Source: a virus. From it: a stretch of 39,729 bases of DNA. The stretch covers positions 1-39,729 of IMG/VR virus record IMGVR_UViG_3300028831_000290; one strand, given 5' to 3'. Position 1 is the first letter of the stretch. The number at the start of each line of letters is the position of its first letter. The translations under genes and the position numbers were made by a program. This document shows, one piece after another, positions 13,162 to 20,877 of this stretch. The notes under the pieces are model-generated. The model was not told the DNA's origin. It saw only the letters and a program-made list of their open reading frames with translations, and did not search any database.

Positions 13162-15140
13162 GTCAGCACCTCATCATCGTCGTCGATATCGTCCAAAGTA
13201 GACCGATCAAATTCCCTCGGTTGCTCGGCCCAGGTGATGCCGTTGATCTCGGCGGTGGCCAGCATCTCGACCCCGTGCCCGATTGGCCCGGACATTGCGA
13301 TTTCCAGGTCCCGGCACGCTTCGGCGGCCATCGCCTCCGGCACCCACAGCACGATCTCGTCGTGCATGAGCAGCGCCAGCGCCCAGCCCCACTTCTCGCG
13401 CAGGTACAGATACCATGCCGCCTTGAGCCAGTCTGCCTGCGCCCCTTGGGTTTCGTAGTTCAGCGCCTTGCGTGACGGCTTGGCGCTCGTGATGACCCGG
13501 CCGTCGTCGAGCACGATCTTCCGGTCCCACAGGATGATCTTGCGGCCGGACGGCAGGGTGACGGCTTCCTGCTGGTTCATCTTCGCGGCCCGGCCGAACA
13601 TGCCCGGGTAGTTCTGGTGCTGGTCGGACCGGAACTTGGCCGCCGCGTCCATCGAGATCTTGAACGAGGCGGCCAGCTTGCGCACCCCGACGCCGTAGCA
13701 CACCGACAGGAAGCCGATCTTGGCCATTTGCCGCAGCCGGTAAGACCTCGTCCCGGCCTTCTTTCCCTCCGCTGTAACGAACTCCGCGCCGAAGGTGTCG
13801 GTGGCCACTGCGTTGTTCACGTCGCCGGAGTGGATGGCGGCCACGTAGCGCGGGTCCCCGGACAGTCCGGCCATCGTGCGCGGCTCGCCCTGCTCCAGGT
13901 CGCACGAGACGAACAACCACCCCGGCACGCCGCCGAGCGCCGCGCGGATGCGCTTGTCGTCCTTGGGCAGCTGCTGCACCGGCGGGTTGCTGGCGGAGTT
14001 CCGGTGGGTCACCGTGCCGATGGACCGGAACTGCGGATGCAGCCGGCCGTCCCGCTCCAGGGCATCGAGCATCGGCTGCACGTAGGTCTCGCGGTACTTC
14101 GTCGCGCCCCGGCACGCGGTGATGTGGTGAGCCAGCTCGACAGCCGCCGGGTTGGTGCCAGCGTCCTTGATCTCCGCGAGTGCCCACTTGTCCCAGCTCG
14201 GCTTGCCGGTTTTCTCGCTGGTGCGCGGTGAGGTCTGGCCCAGCGCCTCGAACGCTTTGCCGATCGACTGCCCCATCGCCGACGGCGGGATGCCGTGCGG
14301 TGCCAGCCACGCTGCCTCGTCGGCCGCCACCTTGTCCAGCTCGCCGGCGATCCACCGGACGTAGGGCGGGTCCAGCGGCAGGCCGCGGAACACCATGCAG
14401 TCGTCGTCCCACTGCAAGGCGAACTCGATCTGTACGTGATCCCACTCGCCGAGATCGTGCAACCGCTTGACGGCCTGGTCGTAGAGCACCTTGACCGCGA
14501 CGGCGTCCATCGCCGAGTACTCCAGGTACTCGATCGTCCACAATGGAACGTTGGCGAACCCCCACTTGACTGCTGCCTTCGGGGTGCGCTGGCCGACCGG
14601 TGCGTGTTCCTTGAACCACGCGTGCAAGCGCTGCTCGGCCTCGGCCAGGCACGGCGAGACCTCGCGGCGGTAGGTGTCCTTGAGCCCCTTCGGATGCACG
14701 AGCCGGGGATCGATGCCGTCCTTGCGGGGCAGCAGCGTGCGTGGGTCCAGGATCGCCTGCGCCACCTGGTAATCGATGACGTGCGGATCCAGCTCACCGA
14801 GCCGGATGGTGCCCGGCAGGTACCGCTCGATGAATGGGATCTCAGCCAGCCCGGTGAAGTGGCCGACGAAGCGCGGGTGCTCTCGCATGATGGTCCGGAT
14901 GAGGTTCTGGGCTTCGGTGCGCTGCGGATCGAGCAGCCACGCCACTTCGCCGTCGCTGATCTGGATCAACCGACACGCGTACCCCGGTGCCCACGGGTCG
15001 ACCGTGTTCGTCTCGCTGTCCAAGCCCAGCACCTCACCGGTGTTCTGGTGCATCCACCGCGCGAACGCCAGCCAGTCGCCGGAGTCCTGCGGGAAGTAGC
15101 ACACCACCTCGTGCGGCGCCCGGATGGTGAAGGTGATCAT
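13158..15140 (-). CDS. Family A DNA polymerase with a 3'-5' exonuclease domain (660 aa)
   Basis: ExoI motif LGLDSET, motif A FVSCDLEQGEPR, motif B RQMAKIGFLSVCYGVG and motif C LMHDEIV. Confidence 0.9.
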   Translation of the reverse strand: MITFTIRAPHEVVCYFPQDSGDWLAFARWMHQNTGEVLGLDSETNTVDPWAPGYACRLIQISDGEVAWLLDPQRTEAQNLIRTIMREHPRFVGHFTGLAEIPFIERYLPGTIRLGELDPHVIDYQVAQAILDPRTLLPRKDGIDPRLVHPKGLKDTYRREVSPCLAEAEQRLHAWFKEHAPVGQRTPKAAVKWGFANVPLWTIEYLEYSAMDAVAVKVLYDQAVKRLHDLGEWDHVQIEFALQWDDDCMVFRGLPLDPPYVRWIAGELDKVAADEAAWLAPHGIPPSAMGQSIGKAFEALGQTSPRTSEKTGKPSWDKWALAEIKDAGTNPAAVELAHHITACRGATKYRETYVQPMLDALERDGRLHPQFRSIGTVTHRNSASNPPVQQLPKDDKRIRAALGGVPGWLFVSCDLEQGEPRTMAGLSGDPRYVAAIHSGDVNNAVATDTFGAEFVTAEGKKAGTRSYRLRQMAKIGFLSVCYGVGVRKLAASFKISMDAAAKFRSDQHQNYPGMFGRAAKMNQQEAVTLPSGRKIILWDRKIVLDDGRVITSAKPSRKALNYETQGAQADWLKAAWYLYLREKWGWALALLMHDEIVLWVPEAMAAEACRDLEIAMSGPIGHGVEMLATAEINGITWAEQPREFDRSTLDDIDDDDEVLT

Positions 15141-15370
15141 TGCTCGAACAGCAGACGATCATCGCACGTCTCGGCTTCCCACACCGTGACGCCGTCGACG
15201 TCCACACACTGCACCTCAGTTTCACCCGCAGCCTCGTAGCCGTCTCCTGCGCCGGGCGAGATTGTTTCCCGGTCAAGCGCTTCGGCAACGGCGGTCTTGA
15301 TTCCGTCGTCCGTCTCGACCTCGATCACCTGGCTCATCATTTTCGTGAGCATCACGGTGTACTTCGTCAT
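15137..15370 (-). CDS. Hypothetical acidic protein (77 aa)
   Basis: ATG 15370 follows GAAGGTGG and overlaps the upstream TGA. Its own TGA overlaps the polymerase ATG. This is only the last 77 codons of the 363-aa track ORF. Confidence 0.6.
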   Translation of the reverse strand: MTKYTVMLTKMMSQVIEVETDDGIKTAVAEALDRETISPGAGDGYEAAGETEVQCVDVDGVTVWEAETCDDRLLFEQ

Positions 15371-15657
15371 CGAACCACCTTCACCGAGACGCCGCTGTGG
15401 AAGAAGATCACGTCGTCGCGCCACACCCGCACGCCGTGGCCGGGCTGGCTGCCGGAGCGGTCGGACACCGGGCCGGAGTAAGCCGAGAGCACCCGGCGCC
15501 GGATGTAGCGGTCGATCGTGCGCGGGTTGACGCGCAGCTTGTCCGCGGCCTCCCTGCGGGTGAGCCAGTGGTGCGGGTCCAGGACCGGGGTGCTCGCGGC
15601 GATCGTCTTGGCGACGTCGTCGGGGCATCCCTCCCGGACGGTGATCGTGGCTTCCAT
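15367..15657 (-). CDS. Helix-turn-helix DNA-binding protein, excisionase/MerR-like (96 aa); first gene of the leftward block
   Basis: AGAGAGG precedes ATG 15657. HTH segment LTRREAADKLRVNPRTIDRYIRRRVL. Confidence 0.7.
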   Translation of the reverse strand: MEATITVREGCPDDVAKTIAASTPVLDPHHWLTRREAADKLRVNPRTIDRYIRRRVLSAYSGPVSDRSGSQPGHGVRVWRDDVIFFHSGVSVKVVR

Positions 15658-15674
15658 CGTCGGCCTCTCTGGTG

Positions 15675-15704
15675 GTGACGGGGGTACGTGCAGTACTGTA
15701 CACT
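15675..15704 (+). promoter_or_regulatory. Rightward early promoter GTGACG-18-TACACT
   Basis: -35 at 15675..15680 and -10 at 15699..15704, in the 80-nt divergent intergenic region. The first + gene ATG is at 15738. Confidence 0.5.
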
Positions 15705-15724
15705 GGCGTACACCACCCCGTCCA
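15695..15724 (-). promoter_or_regulatory. Leftward early promoter TGGACG-18-TACAGT, face to face with the rightward one
   Basis: -10 is the reverse complement of 15695..15700 and -35 is the reverse complement of 15719..15724. The two -10 hexamers overlap by 2 nt (ACTGTACACT). Confidence 0.5.
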
Positions 15725-15737
15725 CCAGGGAGCAAAT

Positions 15738-15848
15738 ATGAAGATCGATTGGGCCCTCGTGGGCATCGTCATCGCCGCTGTGCTGGGGGTGGTTGCGATC
15801 GGCTGCTCGCTGGTCTCGATCATCCTGACCGTGCAGGCCGGGTACTGA
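15738..15848 (+). CDS. Small single-TM membrane peptide (36 aa)
   Basis: Not in the ORF track. GGGAG precedes ATG 15738. Sequence MKIDWALVGIVIAAVLGVVAIGCSLVSIILTVQAGY. Its TGA shares an A with the next ATG. Confidence 0.55.
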   Translation: MKIDWALVGIVIAAVLGVVAIGCSLVSIILTVQAGY

Positions 15849-16327
15849 TGGTCAACTCGCAGGCCAAGGGCAAGACGGCCGAGCGGGCGGTGGCGCTGGC
15901 GCTCACCCGGTCCGGGCTGCCCAGCCGGCGCCACATCCGGACCGGCGACCAGTTCACTCACGACGAAGGTGATCTCCGCCTGACCGTCGCGCCCGTCACC
16001 ATCGAGGTGAAGAACTGGGCGAAGGGCTACTCCCGCAACCAGGTCGCCGAACTGCTGTCCAAACTGGACCGACAGAAGCGCCCGGGAGACCTCGGCTTGC
16101 TGGTGTGCAAGCGCATCGGCGTGGCCGACCCGTACGGCTGGGATTGCTGGGTGGGCGCATGGGATGCGCTCCAGTTGCTCTACGGCGACCCGACGACGCC
16201 CGCGATTCCGTGCGAGGGAGTCGAGCACCCGGTGGGGTTCGTTTTTGGCGACATCATCCGCGCGCTGGTGTCCGGCGGCTGGGTGACCGAGCTGACCAAT
16301 CCGTTCAAGGACAAGGAGATCTCGTGA
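15848..16327 (+). CDS. Hjc-like PD-(D/E)XK Holliday junction resolvase/endonuclease (159 aa)
   Basis: GKTAERAVALALTRSG...GDLRLTVAPVTIEVKN matches the G-x2-ER...D...E-x-K pattern of Hjc-type resolvases. Confidence 0.65.
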   Translation: MVNSQAKGKTAERAVALALTRSGLPSRRHIRTGDQFTHDEGDLRLTVAPVTIEVKNWAKGYSRNQVAELLSKLDRQKRPGDLGLLVCKRIGVADPYGWDCWVGAWDALQLLYGDPTTPAIPCEGVEHPVGFVFGDIIRALVSGGWVTELTNPFKDKEIS

Positions 16328-16488
16328 GCTTTCGCAAGAGCGTGCTCGAATTCATCGAAGCACAGCTGGAAATCAACCGGAACCAGCAGCGGATCACGGA
16401 CGCCCAGCGCCGGACGATCGAGGACATGAGCCAGCGAATCGACTGGCTGGAACGGGACATGCGCGAGATGGAAAGGCGGACACGATGA
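16324..16488 (+). CDS. Coiled-coil protein (54 aa)
   Basis: GTG 16324 overlaps the upstream TGA (GTGA). Sequence begins VSFRKSVLEFIEAQLEINRNQQRITDAQRR. Confidence 0.5.
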   Translation: MSFRKSVLEFIEAQLEINRNQQRITDAQRRTIEDMSQRIDWLERDMREMERRTR

Positions 16489-16709
16489 TGATCGCGGAGA
16501 CATTGGGCGACCAGCTGCGAGCCGCCCGCGAAGAGGCCGGCCTGACGCAGAAGGCGGTGGCGCGGCGGCTGTTCGTGGCACCGCTGACCGTGCGCAGGTG
16601 GGAGCAGGGCAAGCGGTTGCCGGCGATCGACATGGCCGACGCCTACCTCCGCCTCGTCGGCGGGCACGTCGTGCTCGGCCTTTCGACTGCGGTGGGTGTG
16701 CGGCGATGA
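16485..16709 (+). CDS. XRE-type HTH protein, paralog 1 (74 aa)
   Basis: ATGA overlap. LTQKAVARRLFVAPLTVRRWEQGKRLP followed by AYLRLVGGHVVLG. Confidence 0.75.
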   Translation: MMIAETLGDQLRAAREEAGLTQKAVARRLFVAPLTVRRWEQGKRLPAIDMADAYLRLVGGHVVLGLSTAVGVRR

Positions 16710-16993
16710 GCACAGCACCGTACCGGATGGTGCCCGGCCGTGGGCCGGATGGCCGGCCGACCTTGCCGATCAAGAAGCGCATCAACATGTGGCCGATCGG
16801 CGAGCAGATGCGGGAGGCCCGGTTCGATGCCGAAATGACGCAGACGTCAGTGGCCCACCGGCTCTGTGTTTCGGTACGCACTCTGCGCGAGTGGGAATCG
16901 GGGCGTCGCAAGCCGAATGCCGAACAGCTGGACGCCTACTTGCGTGTGGTGGGTGGCAGTATCACGCTGGGGGTGGTGAGGCAGCCGTCATGA
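16706..16993 (+). CDS. XRE-type HTH protein, paralog 2 (95 aa)
   Basis: ATGA overlap. MTQTSVAHRLCVSVRTLREWESGRRKP followed by AYLRVVGGSITLG. Confidence 0.75.
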   Translation: MSTAPYRMVPGRGPDGRPTLPIKKRINMWPIGEQMREARFDAEMTQTSVAHRLCVSVRTLREWESGRRKPNAEQLDAYLRVVGGSITLGVVRQPS

Positions 16994-17298
16994 CCGCGCA
17001 GATTCTCAGCGAGCGCACGCTGCGCCGCATGACCCGGAAGTTCCTGCTGCCGTTCACTTTCGGGTGGGCACGCGGTGAGTCGTACTACCGGCTGCACACC
17101 GCCAACCACACCACCTACTACGTCTGCTTCACCGGCCGACGACCCGGCAGCCGGAGCTACGTGCTGCGGGGGCCCGTCGAGGGGGTGTGTGCGCAGCGCC
17201 GGGCACGGCTGCAGCTGCGAGGACCATGCCCGCTCAACGACCTTCGCTTGATGGTCAATCCGCACTGGCCTGGCGAACTCGTGGGTGTGCCGCAATGA
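16990..17298 (+). CDS. Hypothetical protein (102 aa)
   Basis: ATGA overlaps at both ends, with G/C-rich third positions. No motif recognised. Confidence 0.55.
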   Translation: MTAQILSERTLRRMTRKFLLPFTFGWARGESYYRLHTANHTTYYVCFTGRRPGSRSYVLRGPVEGVCAQRRARLQLRGPCPLNDLRLMVNPHWPGELVGVPQ

Positions 17299-17513
17299 GC
17301 CGGCCGCACCCGGACCCGCGCATCCTCGCCACCCGGATGAGCGCGGCACGCCAGGCCACCGGGCTCACACAGCGCCGGCTGGCCGCCCGGCTCGGCGTCT
17401 CCGCGAGCACAGTGGCGATGTGGGAGTCCGGCCACCGCACGCCGTCGGTCTACGACCTGCACGCCTACCTTCGTGTGGTTGGCGCGCGCATCGTGCTGGG
17501 AGCCCCGGCATGA
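17295..17513 (+). CDS. XRE-type HTH protein, paralog 3 (72 aa)
   Basis: ATGA overlap. LTQRRLAARLGVSASTVAMWESGHRTP followed by AYLRVVGARIVLG. Confidence 0.75.
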   Translation: MSRPHPDPRILATRMSAARQATGLTQRRLAARLGVSASTVAMWESGHRTPSVYDLHAYLRVVGARIVLGAPA

Positions 17514-17791
17514 CCGCGCCCCGCCGGGGTGTCGACCTGCCGGCCATCCCCATCGACGGTTTCGTCCCGGACCCGGCACGGCTGCGCTGCTCGGCCGAGT
17601 GGGGCGTCTCGGTGATGACCGCCGACCGGCGCCGGTACCAGGCCGAGACCAGCCGGCCGAACCTGCTGTGGGTCGACGGTCTTGCGATCGAGTGGCACTC
17701 CGCGGGCAACGGGACCGGCGTCCACTACGGCCGGGCGGTGACCGTCTACGGCGCTTCGTTCGCCGTCGCCCGCGCTGTCCCGCTTTCCTGA
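17510..17791 (+). CDS. Hypothetical protein (93 aa)
   Basis: ATGA overlap with the upstream gene. No motif recognised. Confidence 0.5.
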   Translation: MTAPRRGVDLPAIPIDGFVPDPARLRCSAEWGVSVMTADRRRYQAETSRPNLLWVDGLAIEWHSAGNGTGVHYGRAVTVYGASFAVARAVPLS

Positions 17792-17822
17792 TCACGCGGT
17801 GTAGGGTGCCCGGATAGCGGTA

Positions 17823-17853
17823 GGCCCGGAACCGTGGCAGCTGGTTCCGGGCC
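17823..17853 (+). terminator. Stem-loop with an 11-bp stem, possible terminator/attenuator before the primase gene
   Basis: GGCCCGGAACC / GGTTCCGGGCC with a 9-nt loop. No T-tract. Confidence 0.35.
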
Positions 17854-17893
17854 CGACCCGCGCCAGGCTCGTCCCCGCTAAGAGAGGCTTGAC

Positions 17894-17944
17894 ATGCCGA
17901 ACATACCAGACCCGTTGATCCCCGACTACGGGCTGCCCGCATGA
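17894..17944 (+). CDS. Upstream mini-ORF (16 aa) coupled to the prim-pol gene
   Basis: AGAGAGG lies 7 nt before ATG 17894. Sequence MPNIPDPLIPDYGLPA. TGA 17942..17944 overlaps the prim-pol ATG 17941 (ATGA). Confidence 0.3.
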   Translation: MPNIPDPLIPDYGLPA

Positions 17945-19839
17945 GCGCGGCGCTGGACGACCACACACAGTACCGGCTCGCCCTGCGCGCGTCGGCACTG
18001 GCGTACGTGGCCAAGGGCTGGGCCGTGGTGCCGTTGTCGCGGATGGCCTACGACGAGCAGGGACGCAAGCAGGTACGCCGGCTCATCCGCTGGCAGCGCG
18101 ACCCTGCGCAGCTGGTGCGCACCCCGGAACAGGTCGAGCGCTGGTTCGGGCTGACCGGCCAGGCTGAGGGGCTGGCCATCGCGACCGGGCCGTCCGGGCT
18201 GATGGCCGTGGACGTCGACTCGCACAAGGCGTCCTACGGCGGCGCCGAACCTCCGCCCGGTGGCTGGCGCGAGCACCACGCCGGCCGCGGCGGCATCCAC
18301 GTCTACTACGCCAACCCCGACGGCCAGCGCAACACCGCGGGCGCGCTCGGCACAGCGGTTGACACCCGCGGCGACGGCGGGCTGATGTACGCCGCCCCGA
18401 CGAGGTGCTATCACGCCGACGGCCGCGTGACGCAGTGGCAAACCGAACGGCCGTTATCCGAGCTGCCGGCGCCCGGCGAGCTGCCGGCCGGGCCCGCAGT
18501 CGCCGACCGGCGCCGGGAGTACCGGCCGGTGGCTGCGGTCGCCGAGCCGACAGTCAAGCCGCGGGATGAGGCGTACGGCATCGTCGAGGTCAAGCGGGCG
18601 GCGTGGCTGGCCAGCGTCGAGGGCACCCGGCACGCCACGCTGATGGACTTCGGCGGCACCCTGGCGCGCGTGCTGCTCGCCGACGGGCTCGCGCCGCACG
18701 AGGTATACGCCCAGCTCGATGCCGAGGTGGCCGCGCACCCGGACGCCGCGGAGTTCGAGACCGCGGAGAAGGACGTCCAGGACTGCGTGCGCTACGCCAC
18801 GGCCAACCCCTGGGTGTTCGGTGTGCCGGAAGGGCTGGAAGGCAGGTTCGCCATCCCGGACCCCGGCGAAGCCCCCGCACCCGCGGACGTCGGTGACGGG
18901 GGCGAGCTGTTCGCTGGCGGCGACCCGGACTTCTACGACAACCCTGCGCCGCCTCCCATGCCCGTCTACGGCAGCTTCGGCGGCAAGCTGCCGCTGTTCT
19001 ACGACTCGGGGGTGCACTGGCTGCAGGGGGAGAGCGAGAGCGGCAAGAGCTGGGTGGCGTTCGCCGTCGCGCTTGAGGTCGTGCGCGAGACCGGCGGGTG
19101 GGTGCTCATCGTCGATCACGAGGACACCCGCGGCAGCGTGCTGCGCCGGCTCAAGGCGCTGGGGATGACCCGGAAGGAGTACGCGCGGGTCGTGTACGTG
19201 TCCGGGCCGGACATCACGCATGCCGAGCTGCGTGCTCACCTGGCGGCTACCGGGCGGGACTACGCGGCGATGGTCGTCGACGGCGTCACCTCGGCCCTGA
19301 ACGCCGCCGGGCTGTCCGGCCGGGACGAGCAGGAGACGACACGGTGGGTGGACCAGCTGCCGCGGCAGGCCCGGATGTCGATCTGTGTGGATCACGTCGT
19401 CAAGGCCGTCGACGACCGGCAAGGGATGGCCATCGGCACGCAGGCCAAGAAATCGGTGGTGACCGGGTCCGGGTGGGAGGTGGTGTGCACCTCGGCGTTC
19501 GGGCGGGGCCGGGATGGACGTATCGAGCTGCGTCCGCAGAAGGACAAGGGCGGGTTCCTGCGCGGTGAGCTGGGTCGCTCAGCGGTCCGGCTGGACGTGC
19601 GCACAGCGCCCGATGGTGAGCGGGTGCGGCTCGAAGCCGGCGATGGAGGCGGGTTCTTCGCCGACCCGAACGAGGCACTGTTCGCCGCGCTGCTGGCCGA
19701 CGGTGCCGACGGCGGCATTGGAGTGAACGAGTTGTTCCGCGAGGCCAAGCAACGGGGCGCGGGCTACTCGACCAACCGCAAAGCGAGTATGCACAAAGCG
19801 TGGCTGACTTATTACGTAGAGCAGTCCGCGGTCACATAG
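17941..19839 (+). CDS. Bifunctional primase-polymerase fused to a RecA/DnaB-like ATPase (632 aa)
   Basis: N-terminal AKGWAVVPL and MAVDVDSH (DxD) match the prim-pol type. C-terminal Walker A GESESGKSW and Walker B VLIVDHED. Confidence 0.8.
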   Translation: MSAALDDHTQYRLALRASALAYVAKGWAVVPLSRMAYDEQGRKQVRRLIRWQRDPAQLVRTPEQVERWFGLTGQAEGLAIATGPSGLMAVDVDSHKASYGGAEPPPGGWREHHAGRGGIHVYYANPDGQRNTAGALGTAVDTRGDGGLMYAAPTRCYHADGRVTQWQTERPLSELPAPGELPAGPAVADRRREYRPVAAVAEPTVKPRDEAYGIVEVKRAAWLASVEGTRHATLMDFGGTLARVLLADGLAPHEVYAQLDAEVAAHPDAAEFETAEKDVQDCVRYATANPWVFGVPEGLEGRFAIPDPGEAPAPADVGDGGELFAGGDPDFYDNPAPPPMPVYGSFGGKLPLFYDSGVHWLQGESESGKSWVAFAVALEVVRETGGWVLIVDHEDTRGSVLRRLKALGMTRKEYARVVYVSGPDITHAELRAHLAATGRDYAAMVVDGVTSALNAAGLSGRDEQETTRWVDQLPRQARMSICVDHVVKAVDDRQGMAIGTQAKKSVVTGSGWEVVCTSAFGRGRDGRIELRPQKDKGGFLRGELGRSAVRLDVRTAPDGERVRLEAGDGGGFFADPNEALFAALLADGADGGIGVNELFREAKQRGAGYSTNRKASMHKAWLTYYVEQSAVT

Positions 19840-19852
19840 AGTGGAGCATCGA

Positions 19853-20062
19853 GTGGTCTTCCGTAACGAGACCACCAGTAGGCTGTCTACTGGTGGTCTC
19901 GGAGTGGTCTCCGCCGGTCTTCAAGATCACTTATACGCTGTTTGACCTGCGGCGATACCGGTCTCGGCGATCGAGACCACTTGAGACCAGGGGACCCCAG
20001 GCCGGGTGGTCTCCCAGCCCTCCCCCGAAGGGGGTGGGAGACCAAGCCGGTCCCGAGACCAC
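19853..20062. repeat. Cluster of 11 GAGACCAC / GTGGTCTC motif copies in both orientations: candidate ori iterons or cos/pac terminase-binding sites
   Basis: Full 8-mers at 19868, 19893, 19904, 19973, 20006 and 20055. Near copies at 19853, 19914, 19959, 19983 and 20038. The region has no credible ORF. Confidence 0.7.
19867..19901 (+). terminator. Perfect 15-bp hairpin built from two inverted motif copies: possible terminator of the early-right block
   Basis: CGAGACCACCAGTAG - GCTGT - CTACTGGTGGTCTCG, 28 nt after the prim-pol stop. No T-tract. Confidence 0.4.
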
Positions 20063-20107
20063 CAAGCGCTGATTAGCTAAGCCTCACCTCACCGACGTAA
20101 GCCGGGC

Positions 20108-20137
20108 TGGCCGGGAGGCCGGGCACTCGTGTACAGT
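20108..20137 (+). promoter_or_regulatory. Candidate late promoter TGGCCG-18-TACAGT (TGTACAGT)
   Basis: -10 at 20132..20137 is preceded by TG. It lies 150 nt upstream of the terS ATG. The core TGTACAGTCGTsGACA is shared with the minus-strand site at 11368. The -35 is weak. Confidence 0.4.
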
Positions 20138-20289
20138 CGTCGACACCGGCCGGGCCTGATCGAGGGGCACGCCGCGGCGCGAACCGATGCGGGAAGGCAG
20201 ATGGCCATCCGGACCCGTGAGAGGACACGCCCGGTCGGCCAAGATCATTAGGTTCGACCCATTCAGCCCCATGCACCCAGGGAGGTCCG

Positions 20290-20862
20290 ATGGCCCGCCG
20301 GCTGAACAAGCGCGAACTGGCCGAGCGCCGCCGTCAGGGCTGGGACCTGTACGTGGCCGGCTGGACGCAGCGCGAGATCGCCGAGCACTTCGGTATCGAC
20401 CAGTCCACGGTGTCCGACGACTTCGCCGCGCTGCGGGCGGAGACACCTCGGCAGACCCGTGAGCAGCTGATCGAGAAGCACCAGGCCAGCCTGGCGTGGG
20501 CCACCCGGCGGCTGCGTGAGCTGGCCGAGAAGCCCGCCCCGCCGGTCACCGCGGGCCAGCTCGGCGCCGTGGTGCGCGACCCGCTGACCGGTGAGATCGT
20601 CCGGGACTACGGGCTCCAGCGGCAGGCCGCGCTTGACCTCGTCCGGCTCCAGGAGCGCGAGGCCAAGCTGCTCGGCCTGAACGCCGCCGACGTCGTCGAG
20701 GTGTCCGGCAGCCTGACCGTCATCGAGGGCAGCGTGGACGCCGAGGTGGCCCGGCTTGCCGCTCAGCTCGGCATGCAGGACCCTGCCGCTTTGCCGTCTG
20801 GTTGTGCTCAGGACGAGAGTTCAGAGGGTGTCCGGGGTTCGGATGCCGACGCCACCGCCTAA
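20290..20862 (+). CDS. Terminase small subunit with an N-terminal HTH (190 aa)
   Basis: GGGAGG precedes ATG 20290. HTH segment WTQREIAEHFGIDQSTVSDDF. Immediately upstream of the large subunit. Confidence 0.7.
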   Translation: MARRLNKRELAERRRQGWDLYVAGWTQREIAEHFGIDQSTVSDDFAALRAETPRQTREQLIEKHQASLAWATRRLRELAEKPAPPVTAGQLGAVVRDPLTGEIVRDYGLQRQAALDLVRLQEREAKLLGLNAADVVEVSGSLTVIEGSVDAEVARLAAQLGMQDPAALPSGCAQDESSEGVRGSDADATA

Positions 20863-20877
20863 GCCGAGAGACGGGCA

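Noticed and set aside
15137-16228. 363-aa minus ORF
   Set aside because: Only the last 77 codons follow an SD and overlap neighbouring genes. The rest runs antisense through the divergent promoter region and the + strand resolvase gene.
17800-17807. TGTAGGGT as another member of the TGTACAGT promoter family
   Set aside because: It has only a TAnnnT resemblance and no -35-like hexamer at 16 to 19 nt. It sits just after the stop of the 93-aa gene (17791).
17889-17894. Perfect TTGACA -35 hexamer upstream of the prim-pol gene
   Set aside because: There is no acceptable -10 at 16 to 18 nt (CCGTTG, CCCGTT, CGTTGA). The hexamer also overlaps the uORF start codon.
19853-20062. CRISPR-like array
   Set aside because: The repeats are only 8 bp, occur in both orientations and have irregular spacing from 2 to about 40 nt. 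This is not a repeat-spacer structure.
20238-20262. tRNA-like T-loop (GGTTCGACC)
   Set aside because: The flanking bases do not form a T-stem, and no acceptor or anticodon arms can be drawn. The GAGACCACCA at 20055 is a motif copy, not a CCA end.
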